A DNA stretch of 64,000 bases from Pyrinomonadaceae bacterium (GCA_046313635.1 JBKBYA010000008.1:1-64000), one strand, 5' to 3'. Counted from the first letter of the stretch, positions 17,416 to 30,324 are shown. Numbers and translations: made by a program. Notes: generated by a model not told the origin, from the sequence alone.

Positions 17416-19257
17416 ATGACATTCTTACGACTCGTTCCCGCCGCGCTCGCCGCGATCGCCGCGTTCACCATTCTGGCCGCCGGACAAAACCGCTTCGAAG
17501 GATATTCTTTCACTCTCGACGCCGACGAGAGCGGCTCGTGCCCGATCCGATACCTGCCCAGCTCGGGCGGCAAGAATCGCGTCGACGTCTTTATCGCCGG
17601 CACAGGCCTGCGAACTCCGGCGACCGGCCTGCGCGGCTGCAGCGAGAGCACGGTCAACGGGAATACGGTCAATCCAAACAGTCTCGGCCAATGGTGTTTT
17701 GAGGGCGGCGAGGGCTTTTACGAGATACGTCTGACCAATTCGGACTCTTATCTCTGGTACCCGGTCACGCGCGAGACGGGCTTTTACAACGTCAAGGACT
17801 TTCGCCCCGTACGCCGGGCGCAGGTGCCGTCGCCTCAGCAGTACACGTTCGAGGAGCCGGCCGATTACACGCGTACGATCAAGAACGCCGTCGTCTATAT
17901 AGCGTCGCGTCTCGGCGGCACGCTGCGATTTCCCGATGGCGACTACGTCGTCGGCACGCTCGACGGCAATCGCCGCGACCCCAACTTTAAGGGAATCACG
18001 CTCCCGTCGGGCATCACCGTCGAAGGAGCCAGCTCGAATTACTCGCTCACGACCACCACGCTCCCGTCACGACTAAGCGCCGCACGCATACGGCTTCGCA
18101 ATACGAATCAGGCGATCTTTCGCATCGGCGGCTGCACCAACGCCGTCACGCTGCGCAACCTCGAGCTGCTCGGCAACGCGCCATTTGCCGGCGAATCGCA
18201 GCGCGACTTTACGGGCACCTACGGCGTCGAAGGCCTGGGCAAATGGGCGATCGACCCGGTCAGCAAATCGCAGTCGCCAAACTCGAGCCAAGTGCTGCGA
18301 TTCGAGAATATGACGTTCCAAAATTTTGACCGGGCCATCTACGTGCACAACGTGAACGAGGAACGCTGCAACCCGGCCGATCAGGTGTGCAACCAGTGGC
18401 AGTTTGACTATGTGCTTGTCGACCACGGGCTGTTTCTCTTTAACCGCACGGGCATCTGGATCGACACGTACAACACCGACTGGAAGGTGACGAATACGTT
18501 CTTTCAATACGCGGCATGGATGGCGCCGGGCGACGGCATCCGCGTGCGCAAGGCCGGGTCCTTGCTGCTCGAGCAGACCTTTGGCGGCGGCACCGACTAC
18601 ACATCGGGGATCGGCGGGACGTTTCTCAATATCGATACGATCGGGACCGTCACGATCATCAGCTCGGGCTCCGAGCGCGGCAAGCGAAGCATCTACACCA
18701 ACCCGCTCGGCGCCGTCTCGTCGATGATGATGACCGTGATCGGCAGCGCCTTTGGCGATCGCGTCGAGCTCAACGGTCGGATGAACTACATCTCGACCGG
18801 GAACTTTTACGGCCCGCGAACGATCTTTGCCGAGCCGAACGTGAACATCACCTCGACCGGCGATCGCTTTTGCTACGACCCGCTTGCGCTCGCCGATCGC
18901 TGCGTCGACGAGGCCGGCCGGCCGGTGAGCGAGCCGGGAATTACGGGCGGCCGCGTGATGTTTCAGACGGGCCGAGTCGGCGAGGGCTCGGGCCGCAACC
19001 GCATCGAGAGCCGGCCAAACTTTTTCGGCTACAACGTCGAGCTCGGCAACGGCCTGATGCAGTACGACCCGAACGTGACATTCCGCGACATCACCGCGTG
19101 GGCCGCCGGCACGCCGGACCGCCCCCCGGTCAAGGACGGCGCGCTCGTTTACTGCAAGGACTGCCGCCGCAGCCCGAACGGGACTTGTTCGCAGGGCACG
19201 GCCGGTACCGACGGCGCGTTTGCCAAGCGCATCAACGGCCAGTGGCGGTGTGATTGA
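17416..19257 (+). CDS. Secreted protein, probable pectin-lyase-like beta-helix
   Basis: Signal peptide at ATG 17416; NVKDF...GGTLRFPDGDY motif resembling pectate_lyase_3 start; Cys-rich C-terminus. Confidence 0.65.
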   Translation: MTFLRLVPAALAAIAAFTILAAGQNRFEGYSFTLDADESGSCPIRYLPSSGGKNRVDVFIAGTGLRTPATGLRGCSESTVNGNTVNPNSLGQWCFEGGEGFYEIRLTNSDSYLWYPVTRETGFYNVKDFRPVRRAQVPSPQQYTFEEPADYTRTIKNAVVYIASRLGGTLRFPDGDYVVGTLDGNRRDPNFKGITLPSGITVEGASSNYSLTTTTLPSRLSAARIRLRNTNQAIFRIGGCTNAVTLRNLELLGNAPFAGESQRDFTGTYGVEGLGKWAIDPVSKSQSPNSSQVLRFENMTFQNFDRAIYVHNVNEERCNPADQVCNQWQFDYVLVDHGLFLFNRTGIWIDTYNTDWKVTNTFFQYAAWMAPGDGIRVRKAGSLLLEQTFGGGTDYTSGIGGTFLNIDTIGTVTIISSGSERGKRSIYTNPLGAVSSMMMTVIGSAFGDRVELNGRMNYISTGNFYGPRTIFAEPNVNITSTGDRFCYDPLALADRCVDEAGRPVSEPGITGGRVMFQTGRVGEGSGRNRIESRPNFFGYNVELGNGLMQYDPNVTFRDITAWAAGTPDRPPVKDGALVYCKDCRRSPNGTCSQGTAGTDGAFAKRINGQWRCD

Positions 19258-19291
19258 TGGTAGCCGGTAGTCAGTAGAAAGAGACGGAGCA

Positions 19292-19336
19292 CGGGCCGGT
19301 CGTGAAGTTTTTCGCGGCCGGCCCGACGTTTGTTTT
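19292..19336 (+). terminator. Probable intrinsic terminator
   Basis: CGGGCCGGTCGTGAA ... TTCGCGGCCGGCCCG then T-rich tail. Confidence 0.55.
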
Positions 19337-19491
19337 GCTGCTGAAATTGATTAATTCCGGCGGGTCGTCGATAATTTCTAACTTTGGTATCAGCTCGGAT
19401 TTTTTAGCTCGCCCACAAACATTAAGCGAAGCATTATCGAAATAACAAAACGTGTTTCCGATACGAATGGAAACACCTGATCGAAAACCAT

Positions 19492-21612
<2,121 letters not shown>

Positions 21613-21633
21613 GGCTCAGATCGAGCTGCAACG

Positions 21634-21664
21634 AAAGAGGCTGCCTGAATAGGCGGCCTCTTTT
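21634..21664 (+). terminator. Intrinsic terminator of hppA
   Basis: AAAGAGGCTGCCT-GAAT-AGGCGGCCTCTTTT. Confidence 0.8.
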
Positions 21665-21702
21665 GCATTTCCCTCCCTTGCTGTTGTGCGGTGCGATCCA
21701 AC

Positions 21703-21826
21703 TGTTCTGCCGCAGTGCCGTGCGGAAGGCCGCTCTCTTCCGGCAATCTTCTTGCGGCTTTGCCGCGAGGAACATTGGAAGCGCTATCGGAAACGCAGGG
21801 CCTTTCTGCACGGCGCCGCGCGAGCA
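21703..21826. other. Long bulged rod-like hairpin (structured RNA or MITE-like element)
   Basis: Nested pairings: GTGCCGTGCGGAAGGCC/GGCCTTTCTGCACGGCGC, TTCCG/CGGAA, CAAT/ATTG, TTCTTGCGGC-TTT-GCCGCGAGGAA. Confidence 0.5.
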
Positions 21827-21907
21827 TCCTCTGAGACAGCCTCTTTTTTTGTCTTAAGTTTGACTCGTTCCCGCTTCGGGACTATTTTTGGTGAATCCCA
21901 AAAACAT

Positions 21908-24679
21908 ATGACCGCGTCGGAAAAGGGCTCTTTCGGTCACTACCAGATCCGCTCGCTCATCGGCTCAGGCGGAATGGGCGAAGTTTATCTGGCCGACGAC
22001 ACACGCCTCGGGCGCAAGGTCGCGATCAAGTTCCTGAACGAAAAGTACAGCAAGGACGAGGACCTGCTGAGCAGATTCATCCAGGAGGCCAAGGCCGCGT
22101 CGGCGCTAAATCATCCGAACCTGATCACCGTTTACGAGATCGGCGAGCACGACGGCTCGCACTACATGGCCGCCGAATACATCGACGGCCAGACGCTGCG
22201 CGAGCGAATGAAGACGCGGCTCACATTCGACGACGCGCTGTCGATCGCGGTGCAGACGGCCGAGGCCCTGTCGGCCGCGCATCAGGCCGGGATAGTCCAT
22301 CGCGACATCAAGCCCGAGAACATAATGGTCAGGCCTGACGGCTATGTGAAGGTGCTCGACTTTGGCCTCGCAAAGCTGTCCGAGATCGCCGACAGCGGCG
22401 GCGAAGAGGAAACTCGCAAGCTGGTCAAAACAAATCCCGGCGTCGTGATGGGCACCGTCTCGTATATGTCGCCCGAGCAGGCCCGCGGCAAATCGACCGA
22501 CGCGCGGTCGGATGTATTCAGCTTCGGCGTGGTGCTGTACGAGATGCTGACGGGCAAGACGCCATTCAACGGCGAGACGATGACCGACACCTTGTCGTCG
22601 ATCATCAGCACCGAGCCGCAGCCGCTCACGTCGCTCGCGCCGCACCTGCCGCGCGAGCTGCAGCGTATCGTCCAAAAGACGCTGAAGAAAAAGCGCGACC
22701 AGCGCTACCAATCGACCCGCGATCTGCTCGTCGACCTCAAAGAGCTCCGCGACGAACTTCGTCTCGAGGCCAAGCTCGAGCAGACGGCCGTGCCCAACCG
22801 GCCCGACGCCGATTCGGGCAAGACGAGCGCCCCGCGTTACGCGACGAGCTCCGGCGGGCGCTCGCGCGACTCGATACTGCTCACCGAATTTGAGAATTCG
22901 ACCGGCGAGCCCATATTCGACCAGACCCTCAAGATGGCGCTCGCCTACTCGCTCGCGCAGTCGCCTTTTCTCGACATCGTCCCGGATTCAAAGGTTTCGC
23001 AGACGCTGCGGCTGATGGGCCGCAAGCCCGACGAGCGGGTCACCAAAGAGCTCGGCGAGGAGATCTGCATGCGGCAGAATCTCAAGGCCTTTATCACGGG
23101 CTCGATCACCAAATTCGGCGAGATCTACGTCCTCTCGCTCGAGGCGATCAATGCACGCAACAACGAGAGCCTCGGCCGGCAGTTTGAGCAGGTGAATTCG
23201 CGCGAGGACGTGCTCAACGCCCTCACGCGCGCCGCCGCCGGCCTGCGCGAAGGGCTCGGCGAGAGCCTCGGCTCGATCGAAAAGTTCAACGTCCCGAGCG
23301 AGTCGATCACGACGTCGTCGCTCGAGGCCCTAAAGATCTTCGTTCTCGGCCGCGAGCAGATCGTCAACGGCCGGCAGTTCGAGGCGATACCGTTTTACAA
23401 AAAGGCTCTGGAGCTCGATCCAAAATTTGCCCTCGCGTACACCGAGCTCGCGGTCGTCTATCGAAACACCGATCAATGGAAGCTCGCCGCCGAGATGACG
23501 CGCAAGGCCTACGAGCTGCGCGACGCGGTCAGCGAGAGCGAGAAGCTCCGCATCACGTACTACTTTCACAACTTCGTCAACGGCGAGCTCGACAAGGCGA
23601 TCGACACGCTCGAGCTGTGGCGAAATACGTATCCGAATTTTGTCGTCTCGTACGTCAGCCTCTCGGACTCGATGGAGCGGATCGGGCAGTCGGAAAAGGC
23701 GGTCGTGTTTGCTCGAGAAGGCATCAGGATCGATCCGAACTACGCGACGATCTACATGAATCTCGTCGAGTCGCTCGTCTCGCTCGGCCGTTACGACGAG
23801 GCCAAGGAAACGTGCCGGCTCGCCTTTGAACGCAAGCTCGACGGGACGTACTTTCACCTCTTCCCGCTGCTGATCGCCTTTATCGAAAACGACCAGGCGG
23901 CCGTAGAGAACGATCTCCGTTGGTTCTCCGGCCGCGACGACGAACATATCGCGTTCGACGTACAGGCCCGTGCGGCGGCGGTAAAAGGCCAGTGGCGAAA
24001 GGCGCAGGACTACTCGCGGCGTTCGGTCGATCTCGCGACGCACACCAACGCGCTTGAGGTCGCGGGCAAGTACGCGGCCGAGCAGGCGGTGCGTGTCGTC
24101 TTTTGGAGCTCGGGCGGAGGTCTGCCTTCGACTAACGACGCGACGCTGCGCTCGGTACTGCGGGCACAGACGAACAAGGCCCTCAGCCTCGAGCGAGGTC
24201 AAATGGTCGTCCTGACCGTGGCGCTCGCTCTCGCGCTTGCAGGTCAATCGGACGAGGCGACGAGCCTGCTCGAGGAGGCGATGGCCGACCGGCCCAAAGA
24301 CACTCTGCTCAAGCACCTCTGGGCCCCGACGATCAGGGCCGCGCTGTGGCTGCAGGCGGGCAAGATAAAAGAAGCGGTCGAGGAGCTCGAGATCACCGAG
24401 CGGCTGGAGAAGGCCGGCGAGTTCATCCCGCAATACCTGCGTGGGCTGGCACTCTTAAAGCTCGGAAGGAAACGCGACGCCGCGCACGAATTCGACAAGA
24501 TCCTAAACAACCGAGGCGAGGCCCCGCTGTCGTCGCTCTACTCCCTCGCGCGCCTCGGCCGCGGCCGCGCGACGGGGGACAAGGGCGATTACGAAACATT
24601 TCTCGAGATGTGGTCGGACGCCGACAAGGATATGCCGGCGCTCATCGCCGCACGCGCCGAGTACGAGGCGCTCGCCTAA
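21908..24679 (+). CDS. Ser/Thr protein kinase with TPR-rich C-terminus
   Basis: [36 protein letters not shown] motifs ([15 protein letters not shown]); ATG 21908. Confidence 0.93.
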   Translation: MTASEKGSFGHYQIRSLIGSGGMGEVYLADDTRLGRKVAIKFLNEKYSKDEDLLSRFIQEAKAASALNHPNLITVYEIGEHDGSHYMAAEYIDGQTLRERMKTRLTFDDALSIAVQTAEALSAAHQAGIVHRDIKPENIMVRPDGYVKVLDFGLAKLSEIADSGGEEETRKLVKTNPGVVMGTVSYMSPEQARGKSTDARSDVFSFGVVLYEMLTGKTPFNGETMTDTLSSIISTEPQPLTSLAPHLPRELQRIVQKTLKKKRDQRYQSTRDLLVDLKELRDELRLEAKLEQTAVPNRPDADSGKTSAPRYATSSGGRSRDSILLTEFENSTGEPIFDQTLKMALAYSLAQSPFLDIVPDSKVSQTLRLMGRKPDERVTKELGEEICMRQNLKAFITGSITKFGEIYVLSLEAINARNNESLGRQFEQVNSREDVLNALTRAAAGLREGLGESLGSIEKFNVPSESITTSSLEALKIFVLGREQIVNGRQFEAIPFYKKALELDPKFALAYTELAVVYRNTDQWKLAAEMTRKAYELRDAVSESEKLRITYYFHNFVNGELDKAIDTLELWRNTYPNFVVSYVSLSDSMERIGQSEKAVVFAREGIRIDPNYATIYMNLVESLVSLGRYDEAKETCRLAFERKLDGTYFHLFPLLIAFIENDQAAVENDLRWFSGRDDEHIAFDVQARAAAVKGQWRKAQDYSRRSVDLATHTNALEVAGKYAAEQAVRVVFWSSGGGLPSTNDATLRSVLRAQTNKALSLERGQMVVLTVALALALAGQSDEATSLLEEAMADRPKDTLLKHLWAPTIRAALWLQAGKIKEAVEELEITERLEKAGEFIPQYLRGLALLKLGRKRDAAHEFDKILNNRGEAPLSSLYSLARLGRGRATGDKGDYETFLEMWSDADKDMPALIAARAEYEALA

Positions 24680-25767
24680 CGCTTCATCAACTCAACGAAC
24701 TGCTCAAACAGATATTCTGAATCATGCGGTCCCGGCGCCGACTCGGGATGATACTGCACGGAAAAGACGGGCAGCTTTTTGTGTTTCAGGCCGGCGACGG
24801 TGTTGTCGTTGAGGTTGACGTGCGTTACCTCGACCTCGGGCGGCAAGCTGGCGGCGTCGACGGCAAAGCCGTGATTGTGCGAGGTGATCTCGATCTTTCC
24901 GGTCTCGAGATTCTTGATCGGCTGGTTGCCGCCCCGGTGGCCGAATTTTAGCTTGTAGGTTCGACCGCCGAAGACCTGACCGAGTATCTGATGCCCGAGG
25001 CAGATCCCGAACATCGGCACCTCGGTCTCGGTCAGCTTTTTGATCTCGGCGACGACCTGCTTCATCGACGCGGGATCGCCCGGGCCGTTCGAGAGAAATA
25101 TGCCGTCTGGCTTGAGCGCGAGGATCTTGTCGGCCGGCGTGTCGGCCGGGACGACCGTGACGCGGCAGCCGAACTTTGCAAACTCGCGCAGGCTGTTTGT
25201 CTTGACGCCGAAGTCGTACGCGACGACGTGAAACCTGGCGTCGGCCGCCGCCGGATAATCGAATTCTTTATCGATCGTGACGGCACTCGCTAGCTCGCGA
25301 TCCTGCATCGGCGGCGACGCGAGAACCTTTTGCAGCAAGCTCCCGGCGTCAAGATCGACGGTCGAGATGCCGGCCCGCATCGCGCCCTTGTCGCGGATGT
25401 GACGGACGAGCGCCCGCGTGTCGATGTGCTCGATGCCGACTATCTTGTTCTTCTTAAGATAGCTGTCGAGCGTGTCGCCTGCCCGCCAGTTTGACGCGAT
25501 GCGGCTCGCCTCACGGACGACAAAGCCCTCGACCCACGGTCGACGCGATTCGACGTCCTCGTCGTTGACGCCGTAATTGCCGATCATCGGATACGTCATA
25601 CAGACGATCTGACCGGCATACGACGGGTCGGTCAGGATCTCCTGATACCCGGTCATCGACGTGTTAAAGACCATCTCGCCAAAGGTCTCGCCGTCGGCGC
25701 CAAAAGACGCACCGTGAAAAGTGCGTCCGTCCTCGAGAACTAGCAATGCTTTTTTACTCAGATTCAC
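24676..25767 (-). CDS. carA: Carbamoyl-phosphate synthase small subunit
   Basis: [36 protein letters not shown]. Confidence 0.97.
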   Translation of the reverse strand: MNLSKKALLVLEDGRTFHGASFGADGETFGEMVFNTSMTGYQEILTDPSYAGQIVCMTYPMIGNYGVNDEDVESRRPWVEGFVVREASRIASNWRAGDTLDSYLKKNKIVGIEHIDTRALVRHIRDKGAMRAGISTVDLDAGSLLQKVLASPPMQDRELASAVTIDKEFDYPAAADARFHVVAYDFGVKTNSLREFAKFGCRVTVVPADTPADKILALKPDGIFLSNGPGDPASMKQVVAEIKKLTETEVPMFGICLGHQILGQVFGGRTYKLKFGHRGGNQPIKNLETGKIEITSHNHGFAVDAASLPPEVEVTHVNLNDNTVAGLKHKKLPVFSVQYHPESAPGPHDSEYLFEQFVELMKR

Positions 25768-25779
25768 TGATACCCGATT

Positions 25780-26484
25780 TTAGCGTTCGTCGGGCTCGCC
25801 CGCAATTTCGGGCGTCTTTTGATCGGCCGGCAGGTTCGTCTCGCCGTGCTCGATAAAGCCCATCTGATCGGGCTTCCAGTAGCGGAAAAAGGCCTTGCCG
25901 TAAATGTACTTTTCGGGCACGAGGCCCCAATATCTCGAGTCGGACGAATTGTCGCGATTGTCGCCCATCACGAAATAGTGATGGTCCTCGACCCTCTTCA
26001 CGATGTTGTCGCGAAGGTTCTGGTTGTGCTCGCTGTCGAGATAAGGCTCGTCGAGCTCGGTGCCGTTGATAAAGACCTTGCCGCCGCGGACCTCGACCGT
26101 CTCGCCTGGCAATCCGATGATGCGCTTGACGTACGATTTGTCGGGGTCGTTCGGGTACCAAAAGACGACGACGTCGCCACGCTGCAGGTGCCCCCAGCTG
26201 ACGCTCTGGATCTTATAATAAACCAGCTTGTTTACGAGCAGCCGCTCGCCGTCGTTCAGCTGCGGCAGCATCGACGTCCCCTCGACGACGACAGGCTGCA
26301 CAAAAAACACGCCGACGAGGATAAAGACGACGATGATCAAAAAGATGTCGCGAAACAGCTTTAGTCCCTCAAGCCAGAAACCCTGACGAAGCTGGCGGGC
26401 CGGCACGACGACCTCGATATCGCCGTCGTCCGAGGGCGCGACCGTGCCAAACTCGAATTGGTCTTTCCGTCTGAAATCGAACAT
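25780..26484 (-). CDS. lepB: Signal peptidase I
   Basis: GTSMLP catalytic Ser, YVKRIIGLPG catalytic Lys, GDNRDNSSDSRYWG. Confidence 0.95.
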   Translation of the reverse strand: MFDFRRKDQFEFGTVAPSDDGDIEVVVPARQLRQGFWLEGLKLFRDIFLIIVVFILVGVFFVQPVVVEGTSMLPQLNDGERLLVNKLVYYKIQSVSWGHLQRGDVVVFWYPNDPDKSYVKRIIGLPGETVEVRGGKVFINGTELDEPYLDSEHNQNLRDNIVKRVEDHHYFVMGDNRDNSSDSRYWGLVPEKYIYGKAFFRYWKPDQMGFIEHGETNLPADQKTPEIAGEPDER

Positions 26485-26619
26485 AATCTGGCCTTTCGAT
26501 GCCGAGCGCGAGAGCGGCCGTTGCCGGTGCCGTCCCAATAGAATAATCAGTCGTAAACGCCTGTGCTGTCAAAGGAAATCTGATGTGCCGGGCCGCGCCG
26601 CAGGCCGCCTTGTTCAACT

Positions 26620-27465
26620 ATGAAAACACGCATTCTGACAGCGGCGGTCGCACTGCCCGTGCTGATCGCCTCGATCGTCCTGCCGTCGTGGTATCGCGAG
26701 ACGGTCTGGATCTTTGTGATCATCGCGGCGCTGGCCCTTGGGGCCGGTCTCTTCGAGTTTTACTCGCTCTCGAAAAAGCTCGAGCTCAAGGCCGACGCGG
26801 CCGTCGCGTACCTCGGAGCGGCGGCCTTGTTCGCCGTGTTTCTTTTGGACGCTCCGACGACGTCGCCGGACCTCGTTCTGATCGTGCTCGCGGCGTTTGT
26901 GATCGCGGTGCTGATCACGCAGACATTCCGCTTTCAGCGCGATTTTTCAAAGATGCTCGCGGGCGTCGGCGTGACCGTGATCGGCGTGCTTTACATCGCC
27001 TTTCTCGGCGGGTATCTCGTCGCGACGCGGGTCGGTTTTGAGACGCATCCAAACCTGTCGACGCATCTGCTCGGTTACTTCTTTCTGGTGATAATGGGCT
27101 CGGACACGGGTGCGTACTTCGCTGGGCGAGCGTTCGGCAAGCACAAGCTTGCGCCCAAGATCTCGCCGGGCAAGACATGGGAAGGTCTCGCCGGCGGGCT
27201 CATCGCGGCCGCGGCGTTTGCGGCCCTGTCGACCGTTTGGTTCTTTCCGGAGCTTGGGTATCAGGCCTCGATCCCGCTCGCGCTTGTGCTGGCCGGCGTC
27301 GGCGTGCTCGGCGATCTTGCCGAGAGCGCTCTCAAACGCGGGGCAGGAGCAAAGGACGCCGCAAGCATCCTGCCCGGCCACGGCGGTTTGCTCGATCGGC
27401 TCGACAGCCTGCTCCTTGGAGCGCCGATCCTTTACTACTTCGCAAGATCCTATTTTGGCGGATGA
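26620..27465 (+). CDS. cdsA: Phosphatidate cytidylyltransferase
   Basis: SDTGAYFAG, ISPGKTWEG, GDLAES..KR...KD....PGHGGLLDRLDS. Confidence 0.96.
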   Translation: MKTRILTAAVALPVLIASIVLPSWYRETVWIFVIIAALALGAGLFEFYSLSKKLELKADAAVAYLGAAALFAVFLLDAPTTSPDLVLIVLAAFVIAVLITQTFRFQRDFSKMLAGVGVTVIGVLYIAFLGGYLVATRVGFETHPNLSTHLLGYFFLVIMGSDTGAYFAGRAFGKHKLAPKISPGKTWEGLAGGLIAAAAFAALSTVWFFPELGYQASIPLALVLAGVGVLGDLAESALKRGAGAKDAASILPGHGGLLDRLDSLLLGAPILYYFARSYFGG

Positions 27466-27554
27466 ACTCCGCGAGCGGCCCGAGCAAATGCAGATGCGCC
27501 CGCAGAGGCGAGTCGCCCGTCACACCGCCGCCGCCGATGCTCGGCCGCGATGGT

Positions 27555-27584
27555 TTGCAAACGCGAGAGGCCGTCCTGTACTAT
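27555..27584 (+). promoter_or_regulatory. Possible sigma70 promoter of aspS leader
   Basis: TTGCAA-N18-TACTAT. Confidence 0.45.
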
Positions 27585-27606
27585 CTTGCTCAGTTATTCA
27601 GGTGTG

Positions 27607-27642
27607 ATGAACGCACTTCGATCCGACGACAATAATTCGTAG
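27607..27642 (+). CDS. Putative attenuator leader peptide MNALRSDDNNS
   Basis: AGGTG RBS-like site; ATG AAC GCA CTT CGA TCC GAC GAC AAT AAT TCG TAG; tandem Asp-Asp-Asn-Asn codons upstream of aspS. Confidence 0.7.
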   Translation: MNALRSDDNNS

Positions 27643-27715
27643 GCGAGAACGCAAGGAGTGACTTAGCGTTCCGCCTTTCGATGCGTCCGAAGATCGAAAG
27701 GCGTTTTTTGTTTTT
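27641..27715 (+). promoter_or_regulatory. Transcription attenuator: mutually exclusive antiterminator and terminator
   Basis: Antiterminator AGGCG(A)GAACGC 27641-27652 / GCGTTCCGCCT 27666-27676; terminator CGCCTTTCGAT 27672-27682 / ATCGAAAGGCG 27693-27703 plus T-tract 27704-27715. Confidence 0.75.
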
Positions 27716-29551
27716 ATGCTCGATATTCTGGGAAGCTTGGAGAGAACTCACACGTGCGGCGAGCTGCGCGGGTCTGACGTCGGCAGGCACGTCGTGCTGA
27801 TGGGCTGGGTCGCAAAGAAGCGCGACTTTGGCGTATTTACCTTTATCGACCTTCGCGACCGCGAGGGCGTGACGCAGGTCGTCGTCAGTTCTGAGACTGC
27901 GGCGGAGGCGCATGCCAAAGCCAAGAACATCCGCGGCGAATTTGTCATCGCCGTCAAAGGCGAGGTCGTCGCGCGCGAAGAAGGCACGCACAACCCGAAG
28001 CTCGCGACCGGCGATATCGAGATCAAGGTCGCCGAGCTGCTCGTGCTGAACGACGCTAAGGTGCCGCCCTTCCAGCTCGAGGTCGCCGGCTCGGAGAATC
28101 TCGCAAGCGAAGACACGCGTCTCAAGTATCGCTATCTCGACCTGCGCCGGCCCGCGCTGCAGTACAACCTGCGTATGAGGGCAAAGGCCGTCGCCAAGAT
28201 ACGCGAGTATTTCGACGCTCGCGGGTTCATCGAGATCGAGACGCCGATACTGCTCAAGTCGACTCCCGAGGGCGCACGCGACTTTATCGTGCCGTCGCGC
28301 ATTCATACGGGCAAGTTCTTTGCTCTGCCGCAGAGCCCTCAGATCTTGAAGCAGATCACGATGATCGCGGGCCTCGACCGCTACTACCAGATCGCGCGGT
28401 GCTTCCGCGACGAAGACCTGCGTGCGGACCGCCAGCCCGAATTCACGCAGCTCGATATGGAGATGTCATTCGTCAATCGCGAGCAGGTCTATCGCGAAAT
28501 GGAAGGGATGTTCAACCACGTGCTGCAGCTCATCGACGTGCGTTTGCCGGACGAATGGCCGCGAATGACCTACGCCGAAGCGATGCGCCGCTACGGCTCG
28601 GACAAGCCGGACCTGCGGTTTGGAATGGAGCTGCAGGACCTCTCCGACACGCTCCGGAATACCGACTTTGCTCCCTTTGCCGAGACGCTCGCCAAAGGCG
28701 GCGAGATCAAATGCATCGTCGCAAAGGGCAAGGCCGACTATTCGCGCAAGCAGACCGATGAACTTCAGGAATTTGTAAAGCGCTACGGCGCGTCGGCCCT
28801 TGCGTGGATCAAGCTCGGTCAGGAAGGGACTACGTCTTCGCTGCTCAAAGTGCTCGGCGAAGCAAAGATCGACGAGCTTGCCTCAAAGGCCGGCGCCGAA
28901 AAAGGCGATGCCGTTCTTATCGTGGCCGGCAAAAAGTCCGTCGTCGCCGCCGCGCTCGGGGCGCTGCGTGTCGAGATCGCTCGGCGTGAGGACTTGATCG
29001 CACGCGACCGGTACGAGTGTTTGATCGTGACGGAATTCCCGATGTTCGAGCACGACGACGAGACGGACGTTTACGTCGCGGCACATCATCCCTTCACGTC
29101 GCCGATGGACGAGGACCTCGAGCTCTTTAAGACGGCCGTCAACGACCCGTCGCGGCATCATCTGCTCGGACAGGTGCGGGCCAAAGCTTACGACGCGGTG
29201 ATCAACGGCTACGAATGCGCGGGCGGTTCGATCCGCATTCACCAAAAGGAGATCCAGGACCTGAATTTCAAAGCGCTCGGGATGACGCCCGAAAAGGCAC
29301 GCGAGAGATTCGGCTTTTTCCTCGACGCGCTCGAGTACGGCACGCCGCCGCACGGCGGTTTCGCGGCCGGCATCGAGCGGACGTGTATGATCCTCTGCGG
29401 TACGGAGAACATCCGCGACGTGATGGCCTTTCCAAAGACCGCTTCGGCTCAGGACCTGATGATGGACTCGCCGGGAGAGGTCGACGAGGCGCAACTTGCT
29501 GAGCTGGGGATCGAGATCTCGCCGACCGCCGACCGTACCGGCGGGCGTTGA
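27716..29551 (+). CDS. aspS: Aspartate--tRNA ligase
   Basis: RTHTCGELR, FIDLRDREG, TPEGARDF, LPQSPQ, CFRDEDLRADRQPEFTQLD, YGTPPHGG. Confidence 0.97.
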   Translation: MLDILGSLERTHTCGELRGSDVGRHVVLMGWVAKKRDFGVFTFIDLRDREGVTQVVVSSETAAEAHAKAKNIRGEFVIAVKGEVVAREEGTHNPKLATGDIEIKVAELLVLNDAKVPPFQLEVAGSENLASEDTRLKYRYLDLRRPALQYNLRMRAKAVAKIREYFDARGFIEIETPILLKSTPEGARDFIVPSRIHTGKFFALPQSPQILKQITMIAGLDRYYQIARCFRDEDLRADRQPEFTQLDMEMSFVNREQVYREMEGMFNHVLQLIDVRLPDEWPRMTYAEAMRRYGSDKPDLRFGMELQDLSDTLRNTDFAPFAETLAKGGEIKCIVAKGKADYSRKQTDELQEFVKRYGASALAWIKLGQEGTTSSLLKVLGEAKIDELASKAGAEKGDAVLIVAGKKSVVAAALGALRVEIARREDLIARDRYECLIVTEFPMFEHDDETDVYVAAHHPFTSPMDEDLELFKTAVNDPSRHHLLGQVRAKAYDAVINGYECAGGSIRIHQKEIQDLNFKALGMTPEKARERFGFFLDALEYGTPPHGGFAAGIERTCMILCGTENIRDVMAFPKTASAQDLMMDSPGEVDEAQLAELGIEISPTADRTGGR

Positions 29552-29617
29552 TCTCCAACATTAACGGCCGGTTTGATTGAACTAAAAAGACACTCGAGGC
29601 GTAGAATCAGACTAGCG

Positions 29618-30304
29618 ATGCCGTCAAAATACGACACAAATCCTCTGGACCCCGAGTTTCCCGAAAAAGCGCGTGCCGCGTCGGCAGCCGACGCGGGCGG
29701 AGAGACCCGGGTTCTCGGCCGCGACCGAGGCCCCGAGACCAACCGCCTCTTTGAGCCCGCGGCGCAGACGGCTCCGGCCGACGAGCAGACGACGCGGCGA
29801 TTTGCCGATGACGATCCGCGTTTCGCCGCGAGCTACCCGCCGCCGCCGCTCAATGATCCTTACAACGGTCAATTCGTTCCGGCCGATCACAGGGCGGCGG
29901 GCGCGGTCGATATGTCTCGCAGCGGCTCGCGAAAGGTCGAGAAGATCGGCCTGCCCGAGAACATCCTGACGGCCGTGCCGTACCTCCCGATCACGCTCGG
30001 GATGATCGCGGGACTCCTGATCCTGCTTTTTGTCCCGAAGACCGAACCAAAGGTCCGTTTTCACGCAGCTCAGGGTTTGGCCGCTCATCTGGCGATACTT
30101 CTGATCACGTCGATCCTCGGGATATTCAGCGACTGGACCGGCATCGCCGGTGCCGCGAGCACGATCTTTACGATCGTTACGACCGTGATGCTCATCGTCT
30201 TCGCGGTCAAGGCCTGGAAAGGCAAGCCGGTGCACATCGAGTCGGTGGACGATCTGACCAATTGGCTAGAGGACAAGATCGGCCCGATAAAGACCGACCA
30301 GTGA
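29618..30304 (+). CDS. Membrane protein, DUF4870-like, with disordered N-terminus
   Basis: Three hydrophobic helices, VRFHAAQG motif. Confidence 0.7.
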   Translation: MPSKYDTNPLDPEFPEKARAASAADAGGETRVLGRDRGPETNRLFEPAAQTAPADEQTTRRFADDDPRFAASYPPPPLNDPYNGQFVPADHRAAGAVDMSRSGSRKVEKIGLPENILTAVPYLPITLGMIAGLLILLFVPKTEPKVRFHAAQGLAAHLAILLITSILGIFSDWTGIAGAASTIFTIVTTVMLIVFAVKAWKGKPVHIESVDDLTNWLEDKIGPIKTDQ

Positions 30305-30324
30305 CATCGAGGCAGCCGGAGAGT

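Noticed and set aside
21686..21907. N-terminal extensions in the ORF track (kinase from 21686; also 17035, 33816, 40494, 44167, 46775, 53781)
   Set aside because: They run through structured or non-coding DNA or neighbouring genes; downstream ATG/GTG starts match family N-termini.
27590..27715. T-box riboswitch upstream of aspS
   Set aside because: The leader is too short and has no TGGNACC T-box sequence; a leader-peptide attenuator explains the structure better.
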